From Candidatus Saccharibacteria bacterium CG_4_10_14_0_2_um_filter_52_9 (GTDB lineage: Bacteria > Patescibacteriota > Saccharimonadia > Saccharimonadales > UBA4665), in assembly GCA_002792275.1 (NCBI GenBank), contig PFOA01000041.1, positions 1-34,773 on the forward strand: DNA of 34,773 nucleotides, given 5' to 3'. The translations under genes were made by a program, and so were the position numbers. This document shows, in pieces, positions 34,607 to 34,773 of this stretch (position 1 is its first letter; each line of letters opens with the position of its first letter). The notes beneath the pieces were generated by a model. That model made no database searches. It was not told the origin of the DNA and saw nothing but the letters and a program-made list of their open reading frames with translations.

Positions 34607-34773
34607 GCTCTCACGTCGCTGGCGACCCGAAAGCCAATGTTGGTGTTGGTATTCGTCGGCGTATTGTTCAGATTTAACGTGAATGCCCCGGCATTCGTGC
34701 CATTGTTCCAATTGCCGCCGCGGAGTTGCCTTTGCAGGTGCCACAGGATTTTCTCGGCGTGCAGGTCGTGGCG
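34603..34773 (-). CDS. C-terminal 56 aa of an FGE-sulfatase / C-type-lectin-fold protein (5' part lies beyond the window). Asn/Thr-rich segment resembling a DGR variable region.
   Basis: Not in the ORF track. The minus strand reads ...LRGGNWNNGTNAGAFTLNLNNTPTNTNTNIGFRVASDVRA*. The RGGxW...GFR frame is typical of the FGE/CLec fold. The stop shares a CTAG with the convergent gene. Confidence 0.5.
   Translation of the reverse strand, partial: RHDLHAEKILWHLQRQLRGGNWNNGTNAGAFTLNLNNTPTNTNTNIGFRVASDVRA

Overview
Gene-dense bacterial chromosomal segment of 34.8 kb, roughly mid-50s % GC by eye, with about 45 protein-coding genes and 2 tRNAs. Most genes are on the minus strand and many junctions overlap by 1-8 nt. 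The content is mostly housekeeping: rpsP-KH-trmD, rnc, nusB, rpmF, leuS, guaA, ddl, glmM, ahcY, sodA. Several traits suggest a streamlined genome. These include a stand-alone riboflavin kinase, no rimM between the KH gene and trmD, low-complexity tails on housekeeping proteins, several truncated genes and a eukaryote-like long GMP synthase. My guess is a Patescibacteria/CPR (Saccharibacteria-like) or similarly reduced Gram-positive-related lineage; this is inference only. No rRNA genes, CRISPR arrays or transposases were seen. Main observations worth follow-up: (1) A complete two-subunit ATP-citrate lyase (aclB-aclA) is translationally coupled to glmM and a GNAT acetyltransferase. (2) A D-Ala neighbourhood contains a Ddl with a Gly/Lys-rich omega-loop insertion, an adjacent VanX-type dipeptidase, a Mur ligase whose N-terminal nucleotide-binding domain is replaced by a membrane domain, and a nearby class IV (D-amino-acid-type) aminotransferase. 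(3) The window ends in the Asn/Thr-codon-rich C-terminus of an FGE/C-type-lectin-like protein that resembles a diversity-generating-retroelement variable region. (4) An HNH endonuclease gene lies between tRNA-Cys and tRNA-Leu and terminates inside tRNA-Leu. (5) At least 11 genes have a -10 or extended -10 box 5-10 nt upstream of the ATG with no Shine-Dalgarno, implying leaderless mRNAs. (6) A VIT1 / FNR-like reductase / ApbE / membrane-protein operon. (7) Decayed gene remnants: a histidine kinase lacking its ATPase domain, a receiver-domain fragment and a truncated phosphoribosyltransferase. All family calls come from motif recognition by eye; no database search was run.
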